This document shows positions 14,341 through 28,140 of a DNA stretch of 64,000 nt, one piece after another. Source of the DNA: Girardia tigrina (Eukaryota); the NCBI GenBank assembly GCA_001938485.1, contig MQRK01205638.1:23028-87027 (forward strand). Reading direction: 5' to 3'. Positions within the stretch are counted from its first letter, which is position 1. The number at the start of each line of letters is the position of its first letter. A program made the translations under genes and the position numbers. The notes under the pieces were generated by a model. The model saw only the letters and a list, made by a program, of their open reading frames with translations, did not search any database and had not been told where the DNA came from.

Positions 14341-14820
14341 GATCAGTACATCATTTAAAAACTCTCAACAAAGTTGTAGAGAGTGCAGTTTGAACGTTAA
14401 TTTTAGGATCCAAAGATCTTTTATACAACGTTTCACTTGTCACTCACTCCCAATAATTTTTAAATTGAGTGCACAGAATTTTAAAGTGTTATGAAATTGT
14501 AAAGGAGATATAACTTCACAACACTTTAAAATTCTGTGCACTCAATTTAAAAATTATTGAGAGAGTGACATGTGAAGCGTTATATAAAAGATCTTTGGAT
14601 CCTAAAATTAACGTTCAAACTGCACTCTCTACAACTTTATTGAGAGTTTTTAAATGATTTACTGATTACGTATTGATTACATAATCATTAACTGCATTAT
14701 ATCAGTAAATTTCGTTTGAAAAATCATTTGATCTGACGATGACGGTTAAACCGTCGAAATTAATAAATATTTTCAATTGGCTTTCGAATTTTGATTATTA
14801 TTTTCATTTGATTAAAAAAA
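14341..14820 (+). mobile_element. Penelope 3' fragment forming a near-perfect fold-back
   Basis: ~14343-14495 is inverted relative to ~14516-14668. The arm encodes the GIY-YIG C-terminus (FKILCTQFKNY.ERVTCEAL). A pLTR with a hammerhead follows. Confidence 0.88.
14730..14768 (+). ncRNA. minimal hammerhead ribozyme, intact core
   Basis: GAT CTGACGA T GACGG-TTAAA-CCGTC GAAA TTAA TA. Stem III is the palindrome ATTAAT. Confidence 0.8.
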
Positions 14821-17124
14821 CCTTACTCGATTGATTTGGGAAACTTTGTTTAAAGATAACCACAGGCGCTCCTCGTGCCTATGAAGACTGTTGACACAAA
14901 GTCCAGTGATCATGAACTTTGTGTGAATATATTTTTTAAACGAATTACTTTAAATTCGTTAGAATTTGTTGTTTGTTCTATATGTATTTGTTTAGTTTTT
15001 AATTTAAAATCAATAAATTTTTAGTCGTCAGTTTTAGTGAGTTTTAGTTTGTTTTGCCGTAGATAAAGTGCAGATATAAATTTGACATATGTGAAAATAT
15101 ATTGCTGAAAACCGATTAATGGCTCATAGTGCATGCCGAGACTATTTATGAACTCCAAGTCAAAGAGGAGATTGTTCTTTAAATAACACTAAAAACGTCG
15201 CTTTATAAAATTTAATTAAGCAATAAATTTTTAATGTTGAAAAATTGTATTAATAATTAATACCTTTTTAATTATATTTATTAAATACAATTCATTCTAA
15301 TCTGAATTAATTACATTATACATTATTAAAATTTGTTCTTGTTTATCGGAATTAACTAGATGTGTTTCCTCTACTTCCCATCAGATAAAACTTTATAAAA
15401 CTAAAGAAAACATTCCTAAAAAAACATTAAACAAAGTTAATTTAATTAATTTCTCATGAGCTTAAACAGACCCAGGCAATTTCCACACATGAAGTATAAA
15501 TTCACAAAAAATGTTAAGTCTCTTATTATCTAAAGAGGAAGCTGTAATTATAATTCTTGCAGCAGATCAATTATAGATCTAATTTCATATATTCCTATCC
15601 ATTTTATGACTAATTTGCCGGTGTATCTGGTGGTTATCAGAAATAATAATAATAAATTTTTTATTGAAGAATTACTTCTTTTCAATTGATGGTTTAAGGC
15701 CTCTTAATAGATTATAGCTTTTAAGAGAGTATTTGTTTAATATACACATTTGTAATTAATCTTTCTTATAATTATAATTATTAAAGAATTGTTCAATACA
15801 TTTACCGCGTTGTTATTCTTTGATTATTTATCAGAAATAATAAAATGTGTATATTTTTCAATGTATAAAACAGATTGATAGTTACCTTTATTTCCATGGC
15901 CATAGTTCAAAGATAGTAATTATAAGTTTGAGCAATTAGTTAATTTGCATTTCAGTGATCGAGATTTAAATAATTGAAAATTTTAAATAGATATACAAAA
16001 TATTAAATCTAGGTAAAAATGGAATATTTAGGATTAAAGCGGAATTAAATATTATTTCAAATTTTTGAATAATTTAGACATAAATAAAAGAATTATAATT
16101 TAAGTTTGCTTAAATATTATTTTGAAATTCGATAGCTTTAAAATTAAAATATGATGATTGTAATCCGCGACCATGATTGTTAAATTTGAAAAAGTAGAAA
16201 ATTTGTTCAAATTTTGTTTTCGCAACGAAAAACGTTAATGAAACTGACGTTAAGAATTGTAAAAGTAAATTGATTTATCTTAATTAAATTTAAATGAGTA
16301 TTTTATTACTTTAATTTTAAACTTTATTTAATATTCATTACTATTAACTAAATTTACTGCGTTTAAAAATATTGACAGAATTTAAATAAATTTTATTGAT
16401 TTTTTAAAGAATTATAATTTTTTTGAACTAATTATACTTGTTAGGGATTAAATTTGAAGCTAAAATTTTTGATGTAGTAAATTAATTTAAATGAATATTA
16501 ATAATGTAAATTTCTTTAAGAAAATTTTATCATAATAATTAAGTTAAATAATTAAACTATTTTTATGTATATAAATATTTGTACTATATATGGTTGGTAA
16601 TTTAAATAAATTGGTTCCTCCAAAAATAACTGAATCATATTAAAATAAAGAAATTGTTTTAATATTCAGAGTTTTGAAAAAAATTCAAAAAAGTGGAAAA
16701 TTGTTTATTAAAATAAATTTTTACTAAAAAGTTATCTCTTACTTTTATTATGGAGTATTCGACCGTTCCGAAAGAAGATAACAATACTAATTATAATTTT
16801 AATTAATTTTTCATTTGTATTTTCATAAACTTTAAAATATATCGGACGGACCAGTGGGATACCTGGGTTCAGAAAATCAATATTTTTTGGAAATTCCTCA
16901 TGAAAAGATAGTAAAAAACAAACGATAATTAATACAAAATATGGAAATGTTGTTTTATGAAAAAAATATCTAAAATTCGTAATGTGATCACAAATAAACA
17001 AAATATACGTTTAAATTTATTTTGTTTTCAATTCATAAATAGGGGATAATTTTATATGCAATCACATTTTTGGTTACTGCAAAAATGACTAATTATTCAC
17101 TTAGAATCTAAATTTTAGATTGTA

Positions 17125-17329
17125 CCCTAATTTCCGAACAATAAGGCGTATTTCCGTATTATAAGCCGCACATTGCATGTTTTTTCCCAAAAAAAACATT
17201 ATAAGCTATAACATTATATAAAAACACATTATAAAACAAATAAAAACATTATAAAAACGTATAAGCCGCAACAATTAAATTATGACTCATTTCAGGTTTT
17301 TATTGCGGATTATAGTCCGGAATTTATGG
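17125..17329 (-). mobile_element. pogo/Tigger-derived MITE
   Basis: TA-flanked TIR of CCGTAAATTCCGGACTATAAGCCGCA type. The right ~75 bp are the reverse complement of the left end of the pogo element at 46295. Confidence 0.85.
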
Positions 17330-20300
17330 TAAATGTTTAAGTGATTCATATTTTGTCTTTGAGATATCACATTTTGCAAAAATTTCAGTTCGATCAGACT
17401 TCGGAAAGTTTCTAAAAAACATTTAATAAATTTGTGACACATATATATATATATATAAATATAAATTTTGCTAATATAAGCATTTTAAAAGTACCTTTTG
17501 AAACTTTCATATAAATAATGTGATCCGGTCAATTAAAATAAAAAAAAATATTAAACATAAATATACATATTTACACTAATCTGACATTTCTTTTCTTACT
17601 AAAAATTCAATTTATTTCTAAATAATTACAAGAACAAAAAAATCCAAAAATATAATAATTAATAAGCAAAACTCATAGTAAAACACTATTAAATTTTGTA
17701 TCAGAAACCGAAATAAATAATAATCTAATATATCTATCATTTATTACAATTTTGCCAGAAATATAAAGTGGAAATGTGTATAGTTTGGGTCCCCATAGGA
17801 AATTTCTAGATTGACTGATAAATTTATCATTATAGTAAGGCCTGAGGGTCAAAATCGGAGATTGATATTAATGAAAATACGTCCTATAACGTACATCATA
17901 ACACTTTAGTGGACTCTCACGATAATTCATTATTCATATCATTCTATTTGTTTTTCAAGTATTTTGTCACAGAAAATAAAACATAAATTGAAAATTTTTT
18001 AAGTGAATGTATTATAAATTCCAAAGCAATTATCGATTTTATTTCTATACGGACAAAATAATTATTTTTTTCTCTAAATATAACTAAATAACGTATTATA
18101 TATATATATATATATATATATATTGCTATTATTGTTATATAATTTTAAAATGTTCTCTTGTTATGAATATAATTATTTTTATATAATTTTAAAATATTTT
18201 TACAGTAAAAAATCATTATTTTCTTTTAAATAAAACGTTAAATATATTTGTAAGTAGCGTTTATGCCACTTTCTTTATTATCACATTCTAAAGACATAAT
18301 TTAGCACCACCAAAAATTTATTAATATAACAATTCACATTTCTAAAACAAATTTTCCTGTTAATTTAATTTAATTATCTCGACCCAAATTAATCCATTAA
18401 ATTTTTTCGATTTAATTTTTAAANNNNNNNNNNNNNNNNNNNNNNNNNNNNNNNNNNNNNNNNNNNNNNNNNNNNNNNNNNNNNNNNNNNNNNNNNNNNN
18501 NNNNNNNNNNNNNNNNNNNNNNNNNNNNNNNNNNNNNNNTTTTTAATTTTTTTAAAATATTTAATAGCAAATTAACATAAAAATATTTAACCCTTTAAAT
18601 TAAAAAAATAATAAACTATTCAGGCGAGATAAAAATTTAAAATTAACCCCTCATAATATTAAAACTAGAAATTTTAAGAAGATAAATCATAAATAAATTA
18701 TTGTTTTTATTAATGATAACAATACTTTTAAGTTCTATAAAATTTTTCTTTTGGTTCATTTTTTCACTCTAAACAATTGAATTATGTGTTTATAAGTGAT
18801 TATATTGATAACAGGAATCGAGTAAAGTACGGTAGGATAAGTACGTTGTTCTGGGTATATTTCAGCTGTCTAAAAGTTTTAAAAATAAGTATTTTCAAAG
18901 GCATAATATTATTATTGGTTTTCATAATGTAATCACAATAATTGTAACATCGAAGACGACTTTGTCCAATGTGTCTGAAAAAATCAGTCAAATTAATATT
19001 TTTGCTTATTTTATTCAATAGAATATGTGGAAATTTTTTTTATTAAGTATTTTTAAATGACAACTATTTTTTTACTCAGTATTTTAAATTAAATTTTCAG
19101 TATTTTAGAAAATACTGTAAAAAAATTTTAACTCTGGAAAAGCATCAATCAAAAATACACGTTCCTCGGTTTCTCGATACATATTTGCAAAAACGTATGC
19201 ATACGTTCTTAGTAACGGAAGAATTAAACAACACTCTATATGCATTATTCTTTCCTCAACATAATATTTTTGTAATTATCATAGACGGCGAAGTTCCAAT
19301 CAATATACCAATCTTACTTTAACATTCAGCACATGGTAGTATATACAGTGAAATAGCGGTCTGCATTTATTTACTATAATAAATTGTTTTTCTATTACTG
19401 AAAATTCAATTTTAAAGACTGAAAAATCAATTTAAAAATGTTGAGAGTTTTATTATTTTCAATGAAAGTAAAAATACGGTCCTTTTCAATTGACTCAGTC
19501 TTGTCAAGGACTTTCATTCAGGAAAAATTTTGAAGTGATTGCGTTAGAGTGTGATAACATAATTTCTTATAACTGAAAAAAATCACACTTTATAGTGTCA
19601 GTGTAAACTTATGTTAATGAAATATTCTAATAACTCCTAATGTTTCGGTTTCTTTATCAAGAATGAAAAAATGGTCTTTAGAAATCATTTAATTTTTACC
19701 ACACAATCCGGACACTTATTTAGTTGTACTGTAAAACATTGTTTTTTTAAAGTCATGCTTCCTTAAAAAAATTAAGTGATTGTGACATCAATTATTCGAT
19801 GCAGTTCCAGGTTTCTCTAGACACTGAACGATGGTAACAGAGACGCAGTTAAGTCTTTGCATGAGAATTTCGTGGAGGCCTATTAAAAATTATTATTTAG
19901 ACTGATCATATTTTTTTAATAATCAAATTCAAAATGAGTAAGAAAATATTTCATTAAAAATCACAAAAATAATTTGCATTAACATAAATTTGTTCAATTT
20001 GCAAATAGTCAAATACAACACAATTAAATAATTGTTCAAACACTAGGAAATAAATTTTGTTTTCATCAAGAAAATATTGTCAAAATCGTTGGAATTGTGT
20101 AACAGTAAAAAGATTCGTTTTATATTATTTCACAATCTTTAAATTCGTTTGACAATAAAATATCATTTTAATCAAGCAATGTAAATTAGTAAAATCATTT
20201 GTGAAAAAAATTTGTAAAACTTGTTTGTCGAGAAATTTCGCAATCAATTCTTTAATGAAGACTAGCCTCGATCGATTCGAGTTTCGTAAAAAAATCACTG

Positions 20301-20578
20301 TCTCTCTCGATACTTGCTCTGATTAGTAAACTAATCACGTCGAGCCATTTCGACTCTCAGATCAGTCTAAAACGTGACCACACACCGACTCAACCAATCA
20401 ATGACAATAATCGAAATTGAATCTTGATGAGTCATCATTAATAATTGAAAATAATAATAACTCCAATAACTCTAGGTAAAAAATACTCTTAAAATTAAAA
20501 TTATTATTATTTATTTAAATTTGTTTTTTTATTATTTATTTTCTTTAATTATTATTAAACATATTAATTATTTCATAT

Positions 20579-20628
<50 letters not shown>

Positions 20629-21129
20629 TAAAAAATATCGTTTTGAATAAAGTATAATGGTAATTTAGAAGATACCAAGAGCGCCTTTTTCAATAATTTT
20701 ATTTAAAACTAGTTTCACCTTTACAGGCATCGTCTGTTAAAATGAATATTTAAACAAATTACAAGTCATTTAAATGATTTTCTGACTGTTACACCATAAA
20801 TATTTTCCATATTTTTAAAAACTTTGAAATGTAAAGATAAATCATTTTATATATTTAAGCATGGTTTTAATTGCTTAATAAATAATGCTTCGGTGATTAT
20901 CCGCTCGAAATTTGTGTCAAAATGTTCACTTAACACTGAATTCTTTTTCATAATTTAATTTTCCACGATCACGAGAACTATTTATATGATCGAGAATGGA
21001 GCTGTTTCCACTCATTTGAGTGTGTTCTACTATTTGTATATAATATAATATCTTTATATATAATCAATGAAAGCGTGAAGGTTCGGCAATATAAAAATTT
21101 ACAGAAATTCAAAAAATACTAATAATAAT

Positions 21130-21600
21130 AAATATATAATAAGAATTTCTTTTAAATCTCCGAAATAGTAGTCAAGATGCATTGACAGATTCCAATTGCC
21201 CTGGTATTTTTCTCTATTCTAGCAATGGCCTAGGGAAACCACTCACAGCATTTTCTACTAATAACACTGAGATTCACAGGGAAGAAGTCCAAGTGCAAGT
21301 GAAAAAATGAATTCTTTAGTGACATGTTGAACTTTATTTTCTGGTATGCACGAACAGGTTTTTCAATCTCTTCAACGTAGTTTTGCGTTCTTTTATAGCC
21401 CAGAAAATTATTAACAACGTTAGGCCTTGAAGGCCTTCTAGCCAATATTTCCTGGTCAACCAACAGATCTTCAAACCACTCGTCACTCAGAAAACATAAA
21501 CGAAAATTTCTTTCTTTGATCTTAGCGTAATTTTTTTTCGAAGTGGGTCTTAAATAGCAAACAACTTAACCTTCCTTGTTCAGTACTTTTATCATTTAAT
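21130..21600 (-). mobile_element. Chapaev3-like (CMC superfamily) transposase C-terminal relic
   Basis: NNFLGYKRTQNY...NMSLKNSFFHLHLDFFPVNLSVIS and KYQGNW match the MSLKIHFLHSHLDFFPENLGAVSDEHGERFHQD...RYQG motif. Superfamily assignment is from memory. Confidence 0.65.
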
Positions 21601-21829
21601 TCTTCATACAAAGAATGTTGTTCTTTTCATGATTTTGAAAGCAATAAAAATATACCTGGTTAATGGACGATGTAAACAGATGGTGATTGAAACGTAACTT
21701 CCTGTTATAAATAACTCTAATTTATAAATTAAATATAATTTATACATTTAATAAATATGAGGAGAGTATATAACAAGTACACAAAAAATACACTTTTCAA
21801 TCACGCTGAATAAATATAATATCTATATA

Positions 21830-22150
21830 GATGGGTTAAATTGTAGTCTAGTTGTCTGTAAGGACCAAATACTTCTAATTCCATGTTATTTCATGATCTA
21901 GTCCTCTGAATGATGAATTTCTCAAAACTTGAATTCTCGGAAAGTTTTTTCCAACCCAAATTTTCATAGATGTACTATATTAAGAATGGACATCATTTCA
22001 AATTGCCTTTTATAAGGATTATTCTTTTGAGTTGGTAGTGTATAATGTTTTAAAACAATATTTTTCTTATTTATACTGAATGGTATATCCATGTTTCATT
22101 TATATACTTTAGTGTACATATCAACCTTTTCAGTCCATGCCGAGAAGCCT
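21830..22150 (-). mobile_element. possible very decayed Penelope fragment
   Basis: Minus-strand MYTKVYK*NMD resembles the Penelope thumb motif TKVYRKPTDT. Other motifs are barely visible. Confidence 0.25.
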
Positions 22151-22921
22151 TGTTTTAAGCTACCGTCTTCGCCATGATGAAAAGATTAGCGACGAGGATA
22201 TTATTTCTATTTATAATAATAAACATATTTATAGTATAATAATCATAAAACAAATATTCATTATGACAACTTAATTGACTATATAATTATTGATATCGCC
22301 AATAGCGATATCGATAAGTCAAACTCAAATTAAATTTTTTTTAATTATTAAACATTTTATTGGTATTATCAACCATATTTATTTCGGGTTTTGGTTTTGT
22401 AACTAAATCTTTTTTCATCATACGGGGTATTATAAATAAAAATCTTCTCCTTATTATATAATAAAGAAAGGTTACAATTATATAATGTCTCTGCAAAACC
22501 TATAACAATTATATCTTCCAATACGACAATTCAAAATTGTTACCCAGCCGGGGAAACAATCTCCTGTAGACGAGAAAACACATCAATCCGGAGTAATCTT
22601 TCATAAACCAGTTGGTTCTAAATATTATCATTTTATTTTTTATTTCCTCAAAACAGTTCTGTAGGATTTATAGACTATTAATCTGTACGTGATCAAATTC
22701 TCAATAATCTTCAATCTTTCTATTTTGTTAAATATAATTCATAATATAGATATTCGTAAAAAAATATTTTTATTTTTTTTATTAGATACTGTTTTAACGG
22801 GTTTATGGATTGCTGTATTTCATGTCAGTCCGTCATCTCTCTTCTACATGTAGCTTTTTCGTAAGAGATCAAATTTAATTTTTTTTTTCAAAAATATTCC
22901 ATTAAAAAATAATTTTGAAAT

Positions 22922-23330
22922 TGTGAGGAATGTTTTGAATTGTGTGTTGATATTGTGCATGTTTTATGTTAATTCGGATTGTCCCTCTCCTACACAGATG
23001 GATGATTGGTATTTTCTTTGATTCCTACTAATTAAAAATAATTTAATTTTAATGTAAAAAGATTTAAAATAATTTTTGAATATATTATTTATATTTTAAT
23101 GTAATTTAAAATTTTAATATATTAATTTAATATGTACTTTTTTGAAAAATGTTTATATTTAATTTTAACCAATTAGATTATTTATAATTAATAATTTTTA
23201 TTAACATATTTTCATTAATTGAAAATAATTAGTATGAACTCAGAAATATATCGATCAAGAAAAATGTCAAATAGTGAATGCGCTTGTGATATTAATAAAT
23301 GTTGTAAAACTCATATTGATATTGTTAATA
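22922..23330 (+). mobile_element. solo-LTR-like element, TG...TA family, copy 2
   Basis: TGTGAGGAATG start, CTCTCCTACACAGATGGATGATTGGTATTT box, AATAAA, GTTAATA end. Flanks GAAAT/TAAAT. Confidence 0.75.
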
Positions 23331-24550
23331 TAAATTATACGAAGATAATTTTAATAAATGATAATCCAAAATTTTGTGATTAATTTTTTGAGAGAAGTCG
23401 GGTTTCAAAGAATGTTGCTTAAGTATCATTTCGGTTTACCAAAAGGGATAAGTAACCATTTAAAATTTTGAATTAACTTTATTCTATATTTGTTTTATTA
23501 GAAATATGTAATCAGATTCTATAAATTAAGAAAATAATATTATCAATAATATCAGATAATTAGAACTTAATGAATTAATAATATACTAGGTCATTTAACA
23601 AATTGTTAATTATTCTTCCTAAAACAACAAAAAAGATTTAAACACGAACGAACAGAATTTTTATTATTTATCAAATGAAATTAAAAAATAAAATTATTTA
23701 ATTAACTTAACCAAACTCAATTATTTTTTAAAATAAAAAGATAAATTTACTAAAGTGAAATAAAGTATATTTTTTGATAATTTTTTTTGATATTTTTATG
23801 TAAATAATAAATTTATAAAATTTATAAAATTAATTGATTGCATAATTTCATAAAATAAAATTATATTTTTAAAAGTTAATTGAATAAAAGAAATTCTTTG
23901 TGATTTTATATTTTGTAAAATTTTTCAATTAAACTTGAAAAAGTTATCTGAATTTTTATTTGATTTTTCTTTTAAAAAAATAAAACAATTTTTAAAAAAA
24001 ATTTTAAAAGATTGCTAAAATAAATAATAATTTATTGCTAATTTCTGACAATTTGTTTTGTTTTTTTTCGGTTTTGATTAATGCGTTATCATTGTTTGAA
24101 GTTTTACTGATTTATGAATGAATGATTATATATCGTTCAACGATCAAATTGTCACTATAAATTTATGAAACTGTTTTTTGTACTAATTCAAGTGCAGTTG
24201 TAAAATATTTTTTATTAATGATGGATGAATATATTGTAGGGTCTCACATTATTGTATTAATTAAAAATGAAAGAAATCACACTCATAAATCCTAAATTAA
24301 ATCATATAAATAAAGCGTTAAGTGAAAATACCTTCAAATATCATTTAAGAAATGTAAATATAATTTGAATAAATTTATTTTTACTAAGTGATAATGTATA
24401 ACCAAAATCAATAACTATAATTTCATGGAAATATCCCCATGATTATAATATAACAATCAAACGAGACTGTGGTTGCTCACAATGATTTAATTACCTAATT
24501 TTATATAAGAATTTTATCAATACATTAATTTTAAATATCCGATGACGTAT

Positions 24551-25560
24551 TATGTCTTCAAGTATAAAATTTGCAAAACTAAAGTCAAAGTTTATTGATA
24601 ATTTACCAATACTAATATTTTTGTCATTCATCAAACTATGCACCCATATTATCGACACGCTTTTGCCGTTTCAGAGGAAGCTTGTAGAGGTCATTTGAAT
24701 AAAAATTTGATTGGCGATTTTATGTAAATTCCAGGAAAGTCATTTTTACGGCATTTTCAGAATTCAATTTTTTTTCCGAGCATACAGTTATTCAAATTCA
24801 GGGAGAAATGGTAATCAGTCGAGGTAAGGTCTGGTAAGTATGGAAGATGGATTCATAAATCCAAAGTAGTTTTGTAACAGTCTTCAGTGCAGTATGTGTT
24901 TTTGCATTGCCTTGGAGCAAGATGTAAGTCGACATGATAACCAAAAGCGGTTGATTTTCTTTCAGTTTCCGCATATTTTCCAAGTGGTTGCAGTAGACAT
25001 TTACTGTGATCAACGAACCAGGTTTTATGAAGTCATGATGGATTACATCTGCAGCAGACCACCAAACACTCACTACAAGTTTCTTTTGATGAATGTAGTA
25101 CTTTGAACTGTGGTTTTGTTTTTCATTTTTGTTCATTCAGCTTGTTTAAAGTTTGTGATTATCATATTAAATCTACTTTTTAACACATTCTTTTCAACAC
25201 CATGCAGCAATTTCCCAAACGCTTTTGATTCTGATTTTCATTCAACTCATGTTCAATCCACTTTTATAACTTTTTCTCTTTTCCAATTTGAGCCAAGTGA
25301 TTCAATATTGTTTTCTTTGTGAAAGTTGTTAAAATAAAATGTTAGCAATAAATCATGAGTGTTTTGTGATTGGTCCAATTCCACAGTTCCATGTAATTGG
25401 TCATTATCTAACCGGGTTTTTGGGCGACCCAGAGACTCATTATTGATGTTAAAAATACATTTCACAAAGTTCCTGAACCAATTTTAGACTGTCTGCTGCG
25501 TAGTGGCATGGTACTGAATACATTTCGGATATTTTTAAATTTAAGAAAAGAGAAAAACGT
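24551..25560 (-). mobile_element. decayed mariner
   Basis: HQKKLVVSVWW, LLQGNAKTH and GRPKTRLDNDQL remnants in several frames. Boundaries approximate. Confidence 0.85.
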
Positions 25561-25659
25561 CTGACGTTAAGTATGCGTTATTTCTTTTAATAAATAATTT
25601 ATTGAATATATTAATACTTTTAGTTTTCTTAAAAAATATTTTTTATGTTTGATTTTGTC

Positions 25660-25960
25660 TTTGATTCCACATAGTGTTTTAAAATTATGATTTAGTGAAT
25701 GTAATTGTCCCAAGTGTAACATCTTGTACATTCGTGAATCAAATCGTTCTCTCAAAACCAAGTTCACTGAGAATTCACAATTGAGTCGATTGATTAAGGT
25801 TTTTGATGATTTGATGCATTGTAAGAATAAAACATCTTAGTCTTCAAAGTTGAGTTCTCTGTTTTTCAAAAAGGTTTTAATTGTTATATTAAGTTGCAGT
25901 TCGGTGAATCATTATAAGACATTACACACCACTAATTTAACACTTAAAGTTGGCAAAGTA
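25660..25960 (-). mobile_element. CR1/L2-like LINE reverse transcriptase fragment
   Basis: ISGV and FED*D (FADD-like) remnants, then FDSRMYKMLHLG, matching the CR1-type FNxxKCKVLHLG motif. Confidence 0.5.
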
Positions 25961-27309
25961 AGACCTTTTCCATTCTTTAAATCCTTATTTAAATAAATAA
26001 AAATTTGCTATTGATATTAAAAAAATATTTAAATGAGGTATAATTTATTATTTTTTAATCATTTTTAGTATTTCTTTTAATTTTTTAAAAACAAATATTT
26101 AATGATGGTGATGAATAAAACATCGACAAACGTACAATATTTGTATTTTAAAACTAATTTTCAGCAAATGATATTGCAACATTTTAAGTAATTATATTAT
26201 AAAAATATTTAAATATATGGAATTTTCAAAATTTAGTAACATAATAATATCGAATTGAATAAATTATATATCAATATATCAATAAAACGTGATAAAAAGT
26301 TCAAACATCATTTTAATTTCATGAAGTTTCAATTAATGATTTCTTAACGATTTGAAGTACACATTTATTTATTTATATTTATATTCATGTTGTAATTCGA
26401 AAATTTGTTTTTATAATTGTTCATATTTATACGATAGTTTTAAAAGTAATTGTTAGGTACGTCACTTGCAGCACAAATATTTTCTTCAAACATTAAAAAT
26501 TAATTAAAATCAAAAATTTCACAAAATATATTAACTAACAATATAAAGGTTTTGTAAACAGATTTAAGATATTTTTGTGATTTTTTAATTTAACCATATT
26601 TCAAAAATAAATATATGATATAATACTAAAATATTAATTATAAAAATAAAAACCTACAATCGTATTTTAAGACTATTTCTAGATCTTATTTTCCATAAAT
26701 AAATATATACGATGTAATAATAAAATATCGATAATAAGAAATTATTATAGCTAACATCAAAATATTATTTTAAAATATTACAGTAATTATACTAAAAAAT
26801 CAAATAGCGATAATTTGTTATACTTAATTTGAAATGTACTTTGTGAAATATAATTTTAATAAGCAAAATATAAAAATATTCCCTTCTGATTCTGATTGCT
26901 TTCGAAATGATTTTTAACAAACCAAAATTGAAAGTGGAATTATATGAAAGTTCTTGAATACATGATGATCCAAAGAAAAGTAAGTTCCAGAAAATTTTAT
27001 ATAAAAAATTTTATCATTTACCACTTTTTTTATAATTTACCTCATTTTATTTTGAATTCAGTAGTTTCATTCTACCGACTGAGATCGTCTTTATTTGCAT
27101 ACTTTTCTAGTTAAAAAGAGCATAAAATTTGGCTAATAACTTGATCCTGTCGTGACCGGGAGTTAATTATATTATTCTAAATTCCGAACACAGCATTATT
27201 AAAATTTGGAAAAAGAAATCGGAAACTGGGAACAAATTGTTTTAAATTTTATCGCAGTTACAAAATCTTTGAACGAATTCATAAATAAATTTCTTCTATT
27301 TAAAAAAAT

Positions 27310-28140
27310 TAAACTTTTAAGTCAATACAGAGGTTTTCTTTTATGATCAATCGAATTTTCTTTATAAAAGGAGTTTCATTAGTAATTGAGTCACTAGTTT
27401 TGTAAATCTCGAAAAAATTGAAATTAAAATTAAATAAAGTATTTTTTGTGAAAAGTATCATGTTGTATAATTTTCGTATTTCTATTATATCATTAATAAG
27501 AAATTTAAAAAATAATGGCAAAATTTTATAATCCAGAACGCTATTAAACTCAAATTTTATTGTCGCAATATATTTCGGTGGATTTTCCACCATCTTCAGG
27601 CTGAATTATCAACAATTTCGCTGTCTTATATATAGTAAATTGATGATTATGCAAACATCTTGTGTAATAACTAATTAAATATTTTCAACAAATTGGAAGA
27701 GAGACTTGTTTGGACATTTATGGACGGATTAAGTGATTTAATCAATAATGCTTCACAAGTAACTCTTTCCCAATAATTTTTAAAATCACTGCAAAATATT
27801 TTAAAATTAGTTACTTTCACCTCCGATTTACAACTCTTCATATGTCCAGCAATATTACTCGCATTACCCAATCGTCCATGCTCCTGAATCCGTTTACAGA
27901 GATGACGAGACGTCTCTCCAATGTATGTAGCGTTGCACCAATTACACGAAAATTGATAAACAGACTGGAACATAAACTCAAAGGAGTACGAGATTTATTG
28001 CTGAACATACTTTGATTAAATCACTTAATCCGTCCATTAATGTCCAAACAAGTCTCTCTTCATATTTGTTGAAAATATTTATTAGTTATTACACAAGATG
28101 TTTACATAATCATCAATTTGCTATATATAAGACAGCGAAA
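27310..28140 (-). mobile_element. Penelope 3' fragment (GIY-YIG plus pLTR) with inverted 5' arm
   Basis: ORF 27671-27973(-) VYQFSCNWCNATYIGETSRHLCKRIQEH...ERVTCEALLI. 28013-28140 is inverted relative to 27616-27743. Confidence 0.9.
27565..27601 (-). ncRNA. minimal hammerhead ribozyme, intact core
   Basis: Reverse complement reads GC CTGAAGA T GGTGG-AAAAT-CCACC GAAA TATA TT GC. Confidence 0.8.

Noticed and set aside
16732-17001. Minus-strand ORF with a hydrophobic stretch and IYFKVYENT as a cadherin first exon
   Set aside because: Single weak motif, no other cadherin residues and no supporting exons.
22922-23020. Conserved TGTGAGG...CCCAGATGG block as an snRNA or tRNA-derived gene
   Set aside because: No A/B boxes, Sm site or cloverleaf seen. 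It sits within TSD-bounded units, and one unit interrupts a transposase.
27309-27593. ORF MVENPPKY... as a gene
   Set aside because: Its ATG lies inside the hammerhead; it is pLTR plus the start of the Penelope ORF.
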